A stretch of 64,000 bases of DNA from assembly GCF_009914755.1 (NCBI RefSeq), contig NC_060938.1; one strand, 5' to 3'. Source of the DNA: the human T2T-CHM13v2.0 reference genome, Homo sapiens. Under the pieces are notes generated by a model. That model was given only the letters and a program-made list of their open reading frames with translations. It had not been told where the DNA came from and ran no database searches. Positions 25,440 to 38,574 of this stretch are shown here, piece by piece. Every line of letters begins with the position of its first letter. Position 1 is the stretch's first letter. A program made the translations under genes and the position numbers.

Positions 25440-26420
25440 AAAAACTTGAGTTTAATTTTTTAAGTACAATACAACATATAGAAGAGTTTAAAACAGAAGT
25501 TTGAAACAATCTTACTTGTTTTTCTAGTTACTGCATAATAATGGATTAAAGAGAACAAGAAGTAGTTTGAGTGAGGGATGGGGAGGACTTGGACTTACGT
25601 AATAGTAGCATCACGTTGAGAAGTAGTTTGATTCTTAAATAAAAGTAAAGACAAGGTAATTAGATGTGGAGTGTAAAGAAAAGAGAGGAACAAAGATGAT
25701 TCCAAAGATATTGGCTGTAACAACTCACTGAAAGCTATTATTATTTAATAAGATAGTGAATATCCAAGGATAAGCAAATTTTACTAAGTGGGGAAGGAGG
25801 CATGGAGAATAAAGAGTTCAGGTTTTGAGACAAATGTGAGGTGCTTCTTAGACATCCCAGGGCTGATTTTAAGTAGGAATTGAATATGTAAGTCATGTTC
25901 AGGGAAAAATTTTGGGCTAGGGAATTTATTTTGAGGAATCATCAGCATATAGATAGTACTTAAAGATGCAAGAATTGGTGATCTCAGCGAGAAAGTGAGT
26001 CTAGTAAGTGGGGAAAACTGAATGGAAAGACAAGTCTTGAGACATTCTAACATTAAGTTTGAGAAGATGAGGCATCCAGCAAAGAAAGTTTAAGAGGGAT
26101 CATTAGTAAGGCAAAAAACCACATTAGGAGAATGTTTGCTGTCACTAAAGTTAATTTTTGTTTAAGTATTTCCAGAAGAAGGAAGTATTAACTGTAATGT
26201 TGCTGAGAATTAAAAGTAAGGTAAAGACCAAGAATTGCCCATTAGATTTAGCAATGTGGCTGTCATTAATAATCTTGACATGAACATGTTCGTTGGGGTT
26301 AGGGGTTTGAAATTGTAATTGGGACAGATGTAGGGAAAATGGAGGAGAGAAAGAATGGTGACACTGAGTGTAAACAACACTTGAAAATGTTGAGTAATTT
26401 GATGAAAGTTGAAGTAGCTA
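25440..26420 (-). mobile_element. L2 remnant
   Basis: GAGTTCAGGTTTTGAGACA..TGTGAGGTGC..TTAGACATCC (~25813) and TGCCCATTAGATTTAGCAATGTGG..GTCATT (~26236). Confidence 0.8.
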
Positions 26421-26919
26421 TGGAGTTATGGGCAGCATTTTCTTAAGTTGAGGAATATTATAGCAAGTTTGTAAGCTGATGAAAATGATCCAAAGAGGGG
26501 AAAAAATCTGATGACGTAGAGAAACAAGATATTATTTGCCAGGGAGAATTTTCAGGTAGGTAAGATGAAATGGTATCTACTGCACAAACAGGAAAATCCT
26601 AAGGGGAGTATCAACTGTCTATCCACTGTAAGAGGGAATGCAGAGTAATATGGGGACACATGAAGGTAGGTCTGTTAGTGGGAGAATGTGGATGTTGTCC
26701 TCTGAAGGCTATTTTTTTCATGTATTAAGTAGTTAGGGTATTGTTGAAGGGAAGAAGTAGAAAAGATTAGTTAGAAACTTTAGAAAAGTATTATTGAAAT
26801 TGTCACTTTCTAGAGTGGAAAAGTGAATTAAACAGATAATTTATTAGGATTCCAGTTAATCTCCAGGACCCCACTTGAGGTTTATAAGCTTACATTTAAA
26901 GTGAGACAGAATAGCATGT

Positions 26920-27342
26920 TTTATTAGTTTTTTCTCGCATTGCTATATAGAATTATCTGAGACTGGGTAATTTATAAAGAAAACAGATTTAATTGGCTCA
27001 CAGCTCTGCAAACTGTACAGAAAGCATGATGCTGGCATCTGCCCAGCTTCTGGGGAGACCGCAGGAGACCTACAATCATTGTAGAGGGCAAAGAAGGAGT
27101 AGGCACATCACATGACCAGAGCAGGAGCAAGAGAAAGACAGGGAGGGGCTCTATACACTTTTAAACAACCACATCTCATGAGAGCTCACTATTATAAGAA
27201 CAGCAAGGAGGGGATGGTGTTAAACCATTCATGACAAGTCCACCACCGTAATCCAATCACCTCCTACCAGACCCCACCTCCAATATTGGGGATTACAATT
27301 TGACATAAGATTTGGATGGAAACATATATCCAAACTATATCA
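26920..27342 (-). mobile_element. MSTA-like MaLR solo LTR
   Basis: GAGACTGGGTAATTTATAAAGAAAA...AAGCATGATGCTGGCATCTGC...ATCCAAACTATATCA, with TSD CATGT/CATGG. Confidence 0.92.
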
Positions 27343-27445
27343 CATGGTTACTGACATTTTTCAGTTGCATTCAGCTACTTTGGTGCAGACATAGAAGAAA
27401 TAAAGAACTGGTTTCTCCAAGGTTGGAGGTACAAATTTTGCTACA

Positions 27446-27890
27446 TGTGGAGACTGAATAATGCCCCTCCCACAAAATTTTCATATCCTAATCTCTAGAA
27501 ACTGTGGATATTACCTCATATGGCAGAAGAGATTTTTTGCAAGTGTGATTAAATTAAAGTTCTTGAGCTGTACATGTTATCCTCGCTTATGCAGATATGC
27601 CAGATGTAATCACAGGATTCCTTATGAAACATTCAGAAGATCAGAATGGGGATAAGGTGATGTGAAGATGAAAGTGGGGTTAGAGTGTTGCAGCTGTGAG
27701 TCAGGGAAGGCCAAGAAGGCTCTAGAAGCTGGAAGAGGCAAGAAACAAATTCTCCCCTGGAACTTCCAGAAGGAGCCAGATCTATTGATACCTTCATTTT
27801 AGACACATGAGACTAGTTGTAGACTTCTGTCTGCCAGCACTGTGAGATAATACATTTATGTTGTTTTAAGCCATTATGTTTTTGGCAAGT
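27446..27890 (+). mobile_element. MLT1C/D-like MaLR LTR
   Basis: TGTGGAGACTGAATAATGCCCC...TTTGCAAGTGTGATTAAATTAA...CTAGAAGCTGGAAGAGGCAAG...TTGTTTTAAGCCA. Confidence 0.85.
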
Positions 27891-27968
27891 ATGTCAAATT
27901 ATTAGAGATGAGAAAATAAAAAACCTGTGTATAGAGAGAGGGACTTTTGAAATTAAGATTTTGGAAGG

Positions 27969-28349
27969 TGATAAGGACTGGATTTTTGTTTCCCTGAAAA
28001 TTCACATGTTGAAGCACTGACACCTAATATGATGGTAATAGGAGGTGGGGTCTTTGGCAGGTAATGACGTTTAGATAAAGTCATGAGAATGAAGCCCTCA
28101 TGATGGGATTAGTGTCCTTATAAGAAGAGAAAGAGAGACCAGAGCCTTTTCTTTTTCCACCATGTAAGCCACAATGACAAGCAGCTGTTTACAAGACAAG
28201 AAAAAGCCTCTCACTAAGAACTGAATCTGTCAGCACCTTGATCTTGGAATTCGTGGCCTCCATAGCTGTGAGAGAAATACCTGTTGTTTAAGTCACCCAA
28301 TCACCCAGTCTATGGTGTTCTATTATAGCAGTCCAAGATGACTGAGACA
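27969..28349 (+). mobile_element. MLT1A-like MaLR LTR
   Basis: AAAATTCACATGTTGAAGC...GCCCTCATGATGGGATTAGTGTCCTTATAAGAAGAGA...TTATAGCAG.CC..GACTGAGACA. Confidence 0.87.
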
Positions 28350-28599
28350 AAGTGTGAGTATTTATGGTTTTAGATTTGAATCATCAATATACATGATAGA
28401 GATGACATGTAGGACAAATCATTGAAAGTGATAATGTCAAAGAATAAGAAATCAGGGGTATATGATCTTATACAAGAATAGTTAAAATATACATAATAAT
28501 GGCAGTAGTGGTAGTAGAGAGAATTTCCAGGAAGCTGAGGTAATGCTGACCAAGGAATTCCACAAATCTTAAAAATAACTGTAACAGATCAACAAGCAT

Positions 28600-31500
28600 A
28601 AAATCCAGAGCTTCAGCATAGAAACTGGTGAACATATAAACCTTATTTGTAAGTAGAAAAATAACCACTAATTTCCAGCAGAGTTACTTCTCAAGCTCCT
28701 GCTGGAAGCCCTTGCAGAAGGGCAGTGGGGAGCTGCGGGAGGTATGGGAAAACTGTACTGAAAAAAGAAGAGAAACAAAGTGCATGGGAATGAGATGAAC
28801 TCACATCCTGAAAAAGAAAGGGCATCCTTAGGGTGAACTTACTAAAAGAGAGTCCTGGTAAATCAGACTACTGACTCCAGGGAAACAAAGGGACACAGAA
28901 CATGTTGTGGTTATCTCAGACAGACAGCACTTCCAGAGGAAAAAAGGGTAATAAAGGAAGGGAGAGTTTTCATTTTGAGACTGGGTAATAACTAGTAAAA
29001 GATGCAAAAGATGGAAATTTAAATTCAACAAGACAAAAATAAGCAAAAAAAAAAATCAAATAAATTGTAACTCTTTTCCCATCCCCACCCCAAAAAACCA
29101 TCCATTTAAAAATGCCACTTTTTCTAACAGAGGAAAATTATTTTAAATTAGGAATACTGCAACCACATCAAACCATCAAACTTGATGAGAAAATGCATAG
29201 AAGTAAACATTCGGTAACTATGTAACCCACTACACAAAGCTCATCAAAGTCCCCACACATAACATGACCCTGAAAACTGAATTATATATATTCTTACAAT
29301 TCTTTTTAGCTGTAAAGACAAAAACATCCTAAGTTAGGAATTCAAAAACTAAAAAATAGACAAGAAATAGGAATAAATGAAATGGGAATTTATTGAATAC
29401 AAGAAAGAAATTAATAAAAAAAGACAACATTGTACCAGAAAAAAATTAAATTATAATGCACTCAAGGAGTAGGAGATTTGAATAAATATTTAGTTAGAAT
29501 CATTGAAGACAGGCAGAAAACAAGCAAGATAATAAAATATCACTATAATAAATAAAAGAAGTATAATGGATTCAATTTAAAAAATGGTTGAAATGAAAGA
29601 AAGGCAAAGAAAATTGAATATATGCATTCATAATTAGAGTCCCTAAATAATAAAACAAAAACATGGAACTTATACCTAAAATTATAATTCAAGAACTCTT
29701 TCAAGAAATGAAAGAAAACCCTGGACCTATGTATTGAAATGGGCCATAGAAAAAAATGACCCAGAGCAATCAAATCTGAGGCATAGTCTAATGAAACTAT
29801 CAGATTTTAAAGATAAAGAAATTCTCCGAGTCTCAAACAAAAGAGCAAATGATTTGCTAGAGCAAGTAAATTAGGCTGGTATCAGAATTCTTAACAGTAA
29901 CATCAAAGCAAAACAAAAATAAAACAGCTTTTTCAAGAAACTCAAGAAAAGAAAGTCTGAACCAGTTATTACTAATCCTCATTATTAGCAGATTCTGTAT
30001 TTGCAAACTTGCCCACTTGCTAAAGTTTATTTGTAACTGCAAAACAAATAGTCTCTGTATAAGTCATTTGTTGGCATGCACATGGACAAAGTGTGAAAAA
30101 TTTGAATCATCTGACATGTGATGTGAACTTTCCCATCTGACATTAAAGAAAGCAACACTCTGCCTTCTGGCTTTATCTCATATACTGTAAACAAAATATT
30201 TTGTTTGTGGTCTATTTATTGCCACATTTTTGTGCTTTTTGTTGGTGATTTTGCTGTTTAAAATGTCCCTCAAACATAGGGAAGTGCTGAACACTGAACA
30301 CTGAAGTCTAATGTTTATAAGCACAAGAAGGCTGTGATATGCCTTGCAGAGAAAATATGTATTTTAGATAAGCTATGTTCAGGCATGAGTTACAGTGCTA
30401 TCTATCATGAATTCAATGTTAATGAATCAGCAATATATTTTTAATAGGTATCAACAGAAACACACATAAAGCAAAGTTACATTTAGATCAATTGATGAAA
30501 ACGTTCTAATCAGAGACTCACAGGAACCTAGTGCTGTATTTCCCCTGGGAGCAATAATTCAGTGTTCCCTAACTCAGCATTTATGTGATGACTTTACAAA
30601 ACAAAAATACCACCAATAAGGAGAATCAATTGTCTTTTATATCAGGCCAATATTTTCTTTGATTATTAAGGCCATGAAGATACAGTTTTAAACATATAAG
30701 TACTCAGAAAATGCAGTACCAACTAGCCCTTCTTTAGCAGTCTACTAGATATGAATTTATAAGCTTCGTCTAAATAAGACATAACTGAGAAGAGATCAGC
30801 AAATCATTGATGGTGCACATTTAGTGTATTAAGTGTAGATCTAAGATTAAAGCAAAAGCAGATTGAGGTTGGAACAGCCATATGCAAATATATGTTATGG
30901 CAAAGTAGAAATAATAAAACTTAATGCAGAGGGAAAAAAAAGGAAAAGAAGATTTGATTTTTATTTGGGAAATAGATGAGAGGTAAAAAAATACCATTAA
31001 AATTGACACATAAAGACAGAACGTAGAAACAAAAATATAAACAATTTTCATCATCAAAAGAAAGTTTAAAATGAAAGACAAAGAAAATATATAGAAAAGA
31101 AATAGCAAATATAATCATAACAAAATAAGATGACAGGGTTGAAACCAATTATATCAGTTATATCAATAAGTATAAATGAGGTTAAGTCATCTATTAAAAG
31201 GACTCCAAAACAAGTCCCAGTTGTGTATTCTATCCAAGATAACCTAAAATAAAATGATTCAGAAAGTGTAAACATAAAGATAGGCAAAGATGTACTAGGC
31301 AAAATAAACCGTAAGAAAGGGACTGAAATCATAATATTGAAGTAGAATTTCACCTAAAATGTATTAAAGGTCATATCATGGGCACTTTCAAATGCTAACA
31401 ATCATAATTCACAACGAAGATATAATAGTTTGAATATCTATGCACCACATAACACATCAAATTCCTATAAAACAGAAATTACAGGAGTTGCAATAGATGA

Positions 31501-31620
31501 AAAGGAGCACACTAATAATAAAATGATTTTATACACTAATTTCAGCACAAGATAGATTTCAATATATATGTACAGAATCCTAAATGATTTCACAAAGTTA
31601 AAATGATACAAGACGTTATC
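28600..31620 (+). mobile_element. Old L1 (L1M/L1ME-type) ORF1 region and ORF2 start, interrupted by MER82
   Basis: A-rich ORF1-like sequence (ATTAGGCTGGTATCAGAATTCT ~29870) and an EN-start-like AAGATGACAGG...TATAAATGAGGTTAAGTCATCTATTAAAAG (~31127). Confidence 0.7.
29969..30632 (+). mobile_element. MER82 (TcMar-Tigger) non-autonomous DNA transposon
   Basis: ATCCTCATTATT.GCAGATTCTGTATTTGCAAA.TTGCC.ACTTGCTAAA.TTTATTTGTAAC at the start and AATAA.GAGAATCAATTG at the end; ~660 bp. Confidence 0.88.
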
Positions 31621-33389
31621 AGTGTATTTGTTGTGTGTATGTGACTTTGAATAGGTCCTAATTTGACTAGCCCTTATTACAGTGTACAAAATGTCTATCA
31701 ATAATCTAAATAAGGTAAGTGATCTACAAATTATTTGGAACTCTTGTTCCAAATAATTAAATCAAATTTGATGGGAAACCGGCTGATTAATTTTACTTCT
31801 CAGCATAAAAATCTCTTGTGGGAAAAACCAAGGTAAATACATCAATTGACTTTAAAAAAGGAGAGTGGTCAGTTTAGATTTCCATTGCACCTCAAGATAT
31901 TGACACTCACACATATTTGATAGCCCTTCAGACTCTTCCATCTGTACAGCCTTGAATCATGCTGTGCACTGATCCAAAATGACATTTCAGTATTTAGCTC
32001 CATCAGTACCCTTCTCTCTATCACGTCAGCTGTTTACAAGAAATACTGTCAGACATTCTGAGAACTATCTATCACCAGACAGTCAGATGAATGCAGAATC
32101 AGATCATTTAAATCGTGTACATAGTGAACAAAAGATAATCCATTTTGAGAATGAGAGCGCGGGGAAAGGTCATTCCTGTTCCGTTTAACATCCATAGCAC
32201 CAAATTTTACATTTTTCTATAGGATAAGATATTATACTAAACATTTATAAAACCTTTCTCCTAGGCACATGGAATAATTAATAGTTACTCTAATGAAAAT
32301 GTTAAGGCAAACAACACCATGACAGAAACTTCTTAAAACATAAAAGTTGGGCAGAAGACCTTTTTTATTCATCTTTAGGTGATTTTTCATGAGCACTTCC
32401 AGAATAGACTTCAGGTTATATGAAAAGGCTATATAGAAACAAAGCTGGAATTTATATTGATGTCTCTATTGTTATTCTCTCTACATAATCCCACTCATGA
32501 CCTTTCTTTCAAAATAAAAGAGATCGCCAAACACCTCTTTACCCTTGATCAAGTTATACGTGCTTGTGTTATTTAGTACTCTCCTTTTCTTTGTCCTTTT
32601 TTTGTTCTCTGTCTCTCCAGCTTCGGCCAGTTTTTTGTTTGTTTGTATTTTTCTTATTTCATTCCCTTTGTAGTCTACTTTCTCTAATCTGACTCAATAC
32701 CTCTGACTTTATCTTTCCCTAATCTACTTACTGGTCTCTAAACATGTACAATTGTATCTATTCTTTGCCTCGGCTTACTCAGTTCCCATTGCCTAGATGA
32801 CTTTACCCACTGCTATTTTTTGAGACTGTAAATTTTGGCACTTTCCCCAATCCCATCTCCTTCCTAAGGATAACAACAGAAATTGCAGCTGATAATTATC
32901 CCTCCTCCTTTTACCCTTCCAACCTACTCATTTCCTACTTCTTGTGTAGATAATTTGTTTTGTTCCTTATTGTTTTTATCTGTAAATTTTCTGCCTCCCA
33001 AGTAGAGAGGTTGGGCAATTTTCTATTTATTCTCAGAAGTTGAATTAAATATGTGTTTAGTGGATATTTGTTAATGTCATCATGCGAATAACTTTGCCAT
33101 TTGCCATAAAATAAATAGATCTATGGTAATGAATCTTGTGGCATAATTAGTAGAATCCAGGACATCCTTGATCTCCAAGTTGAAGGAAAATACCAGTTAA
33201 GCAGTATTAAAAGCAAAATACAATGACAAACCTGTCCCTAGGTGCTTCTGATGTTTGAAAACAAGAGTCTTTCTAAGGAAAAATTAACCAGTTTCCACAA
33301 AATTAAAATACTTTTTTATTTCTTTTTTTTTCTCCTGATGAATACATTCCTTATTTGGGTACTAAGCCCTCCTAACAGCAAAGCCTAAG

Positions 33390-34230
33390 GTTGGAGAGCT
33401 GGGGAGTCAGCATTTTGCCAGTTGCTCATTAGATAGAATAGTAACAGAGCCACTCCCCACTTTAACATATACCCCATCTTATAGAAGAATATTGTGATAT
33501 TCCAATGTGTCTTCCAGTGTCACTGAAATTAAATCTGCAATATGCCATTCAGCTGATCAATATGACCAGGCATTCTGAGGTAACGGAAAATATGGCAAGA
33601 GCAGTGAATCTGACTGCTTATCAGCTTATACCCTCATTTTCCCCCTGTGAAACAAATACATTTTTGAGGGAGTATGACTGTCAATAAGCTTTGAATACAT
33701 TAATGATCATGATGTCAAGAATGTCAGGACAGAAGGCAATCCATATTTGCTATAGGTATATTCTACTGAAAAATGCATTGTCACTCCTTCTATAATTGAA
33801 TATTTCACAATTGTGGTATTTATTAAGGAAAAGTATGTGTTACTGACCCCATTCATAATTTCCAAAGTAACTGTCTAGGCTTTTTGTTCCTGAGCCCTAA
33901 AGAAGTGACTTCTGAAAGAGGCCGACTGACATCTACAGAATAGGCTATCCCATTCATTGAATTATGAAGCACCTCCTCTTTAGAGATGGCCTTTTAATTA
34001 GCCTTTATTTAGTACATAAATGTTCTCAAATATTGATCTCATTCTGAGTGCTATCTAAAATTTACCTCTCAAAAAGTCTTTCTATCTTGTTCCTTCCATA
34101 CCTACACAAACTATTAGTAGATCTGACCAGACTATTAGCAGATCAGCGTTCCTGAAGATGAAACCATCCTTGATATAACATTTGCCCTGCAAACTGCTAT
34201 CATTATTAAATCATTTAAGCCCTACCTGAC
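33390..34230 (-). mobile_element. ERVL-class internal (pol/integrase region) fragment, heavily decayed
   Basis: GAAGGCAATCCATATTTGCTATAGGTATATTCTACTG (~33732) resembles the recalled antisense ERVL integrase segment GAAGGCAAATCCATATCCAGAGTAAGTGTCTATTCCAGT. No ORF remains. Confidence 0.5.
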
Positions 34231-34339
34231 ACACACACAACAAAATATAATGGAATTGATACATTTTGTAAATCATAGCTGGGATATAATGGGATAATAG
34301 GGATTAGTAAATAATTTTGAGTTTACACATACATAACAT

Positions 34340-35145
34340 AACAAATATGATGATAAGATATCCAATAAGGATATAAAACAATGCTTAGCATCATTAGCTG
34401 TTAGATAAATGCAAATTAAAAACACAATGGGATACTGATACACATCTATTGAATGACAAATGCAAACAAATCCAAATAAAAATCTAAACTAACTAAATAA
34501 CTAAACTGGCATAGATGCAGAGCGAATGGAATTCGCACATTGCTGGTAAGAACACAAAGTTATATGGCAAAACAGCTTGCAGTTTGCCACTTTCTTGTAA
34601 GGTTAAACATATATTTACAGTACAATTCAGTAATCCTACTTCTAATATTTGTCTAAGTAAAATGTTAACCAATATTCACACAAAAAAATCTGTATGTAAA
34701 TGTTTATAGCCATTTTATGTATAGTCCCCCCAAACTGAAACAACCCTTCATTCCAAAATTTCTGGACTGGGGAAATAGATAAGCAAACTGTGATATCCAT
34801 ACAATGGAATACCACTCGGCAATAAAAAGGAATAAACTTTTGGTACATATAACAACATGCATGAGTCTCAAATGTATTAAGCTAAGTAAAGCATACATAA
34901 TACATTATTGCGCATACATTAAATTCTGGGAAAAGCAAAACTATAGGATGAGGGCTAGATCAGTGGTTGCCTAATATTAAGGATGGGCTCAAAATTTCAC
35001 TTCACAGGAATACAAATGAGAATTTTGGGGGAGTAATGAAGTTGTTCTGTATCTTGATTGTGTTGGTTACATAATTGAGCATTTGCTAAAACTCATGGAA
35101 ATATACAACAAAATAAATGAAAGTACTGTATATAAATTTAAAAAG
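34340..35145 (+). mobile_element. L1MD/ME 3' region
   Basis: ATCCATACAATGGAATACCACTCGGCAATAAAAAGGAA and AAGCAAAACTATAGG...AGATCAGTGGTTGCC...TATCTTGATTGTG. Confidence 0.82.
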
Positions 35146-35149
35146 AAAA

Positions 35150-35250
35150 ATGAAAATAAGAAACCTGAGGCTTAGAGTGTAAGATGTGTTCAAGGTCATT
35201 CAGTACTTCATTATTGCAGCTGGGACTTCAATTCTAAAATCCTTTTGGTT
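35150..35250 (-). mobile_element. MIR fragment
   Basis: GAAACCTGAGGCTTAGAG...CAAGGTCA..CAG...GCTGGGACTTCAA. Confidence 0.65.
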
Positions 35251-35499
35251 CTTTCTGGACTTCAGGAATGCTACACGAACCCAGTCAGGTACCCATCCTA
35301 TCCACAACACCCTCCCTGCAAGATATCAATACCATTAACTGTTCAGGCCATCTTACTTATAATTTCTAAAAGATGTCTTGATAGGAGAGAAAGCCATTAA
35401 AATGGTACTTAACCAGTCTATCTGTAAAAATTCAGTGAGTACTTATAAGTTGTACACTTTTTTGTGTTACATTTCAATAAAAAGTATTAAACATTTGAA

Positions 35500-36940
35500 A
35501 AATGAGAATTCAAGAGGGCTTGTTTGGGGTGGCATAGAATAAGTCTCGTTTCAGAAATATGGCACATGAGGGGCTAGCAACACATCTTGGTATGTGTCCA
35601 GCAGACAACAGGGAATGTGGGAGTTTGAAATTAATGATAGAATCCGTGATGTTAATTTTGTAGTTGTATTTATGAATACATCAAGGCAAAAAAGTGGAAG
35701 AAATTGCTGAGATAGAGCAGGGATTCTTAAAGCAGAGCACAGGTTCTTAATCTTGGGTTCATAGAATCTTGATTTAAGAAATGTTTTTTGGGTGTTCTTG
35801 AACCTCTTTAAAGTAAGCAAAGTCTTGTGTGCACTTGAGTGTATGCATTTTTGTGGGTTTTACTCAGAAATCTATTAGAGAAGAAAGTCCCCTTTCATAT
35901 ATTATAAAGGCTGAAGAGACCCAGGAGAATCTGTACATTTAGATGATATTTGGGAACTGGATGGGGGAGAGAGAGAAAGAGAAAGAAAGCTGTAAGGGAG
36001 ATCATAGAGAGGACAAGATATGCAGTTCCAGGGACTCCATCAAGGAAGAGTCAAATATCAGGAGAAAAAGTAAATAATTTCATCAATAGTTATGGCAGTC
36101 AAAAAGTTAAAGGCTAAGAAAATATTTTCAGATTTGGCAAATAGGCAGTCATTTTGGACCACTAGGAGGACGGATAAAGAAGTTATTTTGAAAAAAAAAA
36201 AAAAGCCGTGTTGTATGTAGTTAAGGGATAACAGGTAAGGAGAAAGTAGAGGTGATCTGAGTAGTTCATGGAAAAACTTGACAGTTAAAAGGTAAGTAAG
36301 CAAAAACAAGCCATACCTTGAGAAATGCTAGGATGTAAGAAATATTTTTAAGCTAAGAGAGTATATTATGTAATTGTTTATACATAGAAGAAAAAAAATG
36401 AAAGGGATAAATGAAAGATTTAAGAAGAGCTACTGGTAAAAGAGATGGTAAAATCATAGATAAGAGGTCAAGGGATGCTATTTGATAAAAACAAGGGACA
36501 TTTCTTTACAGACAATATTGAACAAGAAAATGCAATGAAGACTCAAGGATATTTGAAGGTGAAGAGAAAGACATTTAGTGTCTTTATTTTGAAGGCTTTG
36601 TATTTATTTAGTAAATAAGAGACAGTGTTGTTGGTCTATTGAGTGTCAAGAATAGACATGGGTTTTAAGGCTAAAAGAGAGTGGGGAAGTATTAGAACAG
36701 CTGCTGTGGAAAGTAAAACAGTGATTTGAAAAAAGTGAAGAATAAGGGATTACTTAATTACATTATATTTTATGATATATACTGTATATATGTACATAAT
36801 ATATCAAATAATGTGTATTACACATGAAAAAATGATTTTGTTCAGTACTCTATTCTCAGCATTTCTAATAGTGTCTGCTACATCATAGGCATTCAGTAAA
36901 TATTTTTTGAATATAAGAATAAATGGGTGAATGAGTCGGA
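35500..36940. mobile_element. Degraded L2 fragments (minus-strand body plus a plus-strand 3' end at ~36840-36935)
   Basis: CAGATTTGGCAAATAGGCAGTCATT (~36130) and CATAGGCATTCAGTAAATATTTTTTGAAT (~36884). Confidence 0.5.
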
Positions 36941-36996
36941 AGTTTATGACACTCTTTCAAATAACCCAGGAATGAAAAGTAAAAGTAAAATACACA

Positions 36997-37170
36997 CAGA
37001 GCCAGCTTTATGAATATGTGACCAGTGCAGTTGCAAAGGGCCCAGCTTGCGGTAGGATCTCATACTTGATTTAATGTTCTGCTGTCACCATCTTGTAATT
37101 CCTAATAACTTTTTTATAACTCTCACATTTTTATGTTGCACTAGACACTGAAAATATACAGCTAGTGCTG
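36997..37170 (+). mobile_element. MER45A (hAT-Tip100) DNA transposon
   Basis: CAGAGCCAGCTTTATG...TGTGCAGTTGC.AGGGCCC...TTTAATG.TCTGCTGTCACCATCTTG...GCTAGTGCTG, with an 8-bp hAT-type TSD AATACACA/AATATACA. Confidence 0.88.
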
Positions 37171-37255
37171 AATATACAGTTTTGTTTACCTAGTCTTAAA
37201 GTCTGGCAAAATAAAAAGTGGAAAGACAAACAGTGAACAATTCTTGGGTAGAATT

Positions 37256-37409
37256 TAGGGTTGCCAAACTTGGTAAATAAAATACCGCACACCAAGTTAA
37301 ATTTGAATTTCCCAATATTGCATGGGACATACTGTACTTAAAAGCTATTTGTTGTTTATTTGATTTTTCAAATTTAACTGAATGTCCTATATATTTTCTG
37401 ACAACCCCA
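37256..37409. mobile_element. MER53 palindromic hAT MITE with an internal deletion
   Basis: TIRs TAGGGTTGCCA...TGACAACCCCA and inverted arms AGTTAAATTTGAA / TTCAAATTTAACT. Confidence 0.88.
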
Positions 37410-38574
37410 CTGGGAATAAGTATATCATTGAAATGGCTACCTATGGATTCTAGGCAGATTAGTCAATGCTGGAGAATTTGAAAGACTTGAAGAATAAATG
37501 GTCAAAATAAGAATGAGGGAACAGTTTGGCAAGAGTGGGAAAGTAGTAGGGGATAAAAATTGGCCAGTGAAGGTGAGATCACAGCATTAAATCTTACAAA
37601 TGCAGTTCTTTTAAGTCATAAATTCTAAGGTTTTGTGGTGCTAGGGAGAAGTTCAAGTTGAGTGGCAATAGCATCAGATATAAGAAGCTTAAGATTGAAG
37701 CCAGTAAGCTGAAAGAGTTATCTAGGTGGATATTTATGTCATCTATAGTCACAAATGTCAGGAGCTAGGTAGAGAGACTAACTGAATCAGATGCTAAAAT
37801 GATAAAGATAATTAAGAAAATGTCTTTACAAGTCAGAGAAGGTAGATGAGGAGAGGGTAATGTGGTTTTGTCTACAATCACCTAATTTATCTAATGTATT
37901 TCAACTACTTACACTAAAAACGGCATTTTCTTCAATGTATTATATATTTGAATTCAATATATTTGATTAAATATAAAGGCTCACAAAAATCTATAACTTA
38001 TTTGTCTTACACATTATAAGTTTAATTACATAATGCATGATATACATAACTGGAAAGCCTCAAATGCATGATATGATCCTATAATAACTATTTTTTTCCT
38101 GAGTTAGGGCCCTGTTTTTGACAGTGACTTATTGAAGTGTTTTGTAAATCAGAGAGTTTATATAATTGTTAGAAGAGTCTTACATTTGGAATATTATAAT
38201 AAAACATTTCTGGTCTTTCTAAAGAAGGCTGTGTGAAGGGGATGCTATTAATATTCATAAAAACTTTAAGGGTATCATTTTGTAGACATCAATCAAAAGA
38301 TAAAATGTGACAAAATACCTAATAATTTGTTAAATTTTAAGAATTTAACACAAGTTTTCATTAAAGGAATCTATTATACATAATGCCTTGTGCCCCTTTA
38401 TAATTATGTTGGTGATTCTAAAGCTAAACAATTTCTTTTATAAATTGCCTTTTTTCCTAATTTACATTGAAAATGAGACAGACTAGAGGAGCCAAGGTCA
38501 GTTTTAAAGATATTTGTAGTAGCTGTCATTTTATTTGCTTATTCTCATGGCTTAATTTTTAAAAACTAGATGGT

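Noticed and set aside
31979-32188. 69-aa ORF as a microprotein
   Set aside because: No recognisable similarity, promoter or exon structure, and the length is within chance expectation.
35730-35880. Possible hAT-Charlie MITE (CAGGTTCTTAATCTTGGGTTCAT)
   Set aside because: Only one TIR-like end is recognisable, which is not enough to call.
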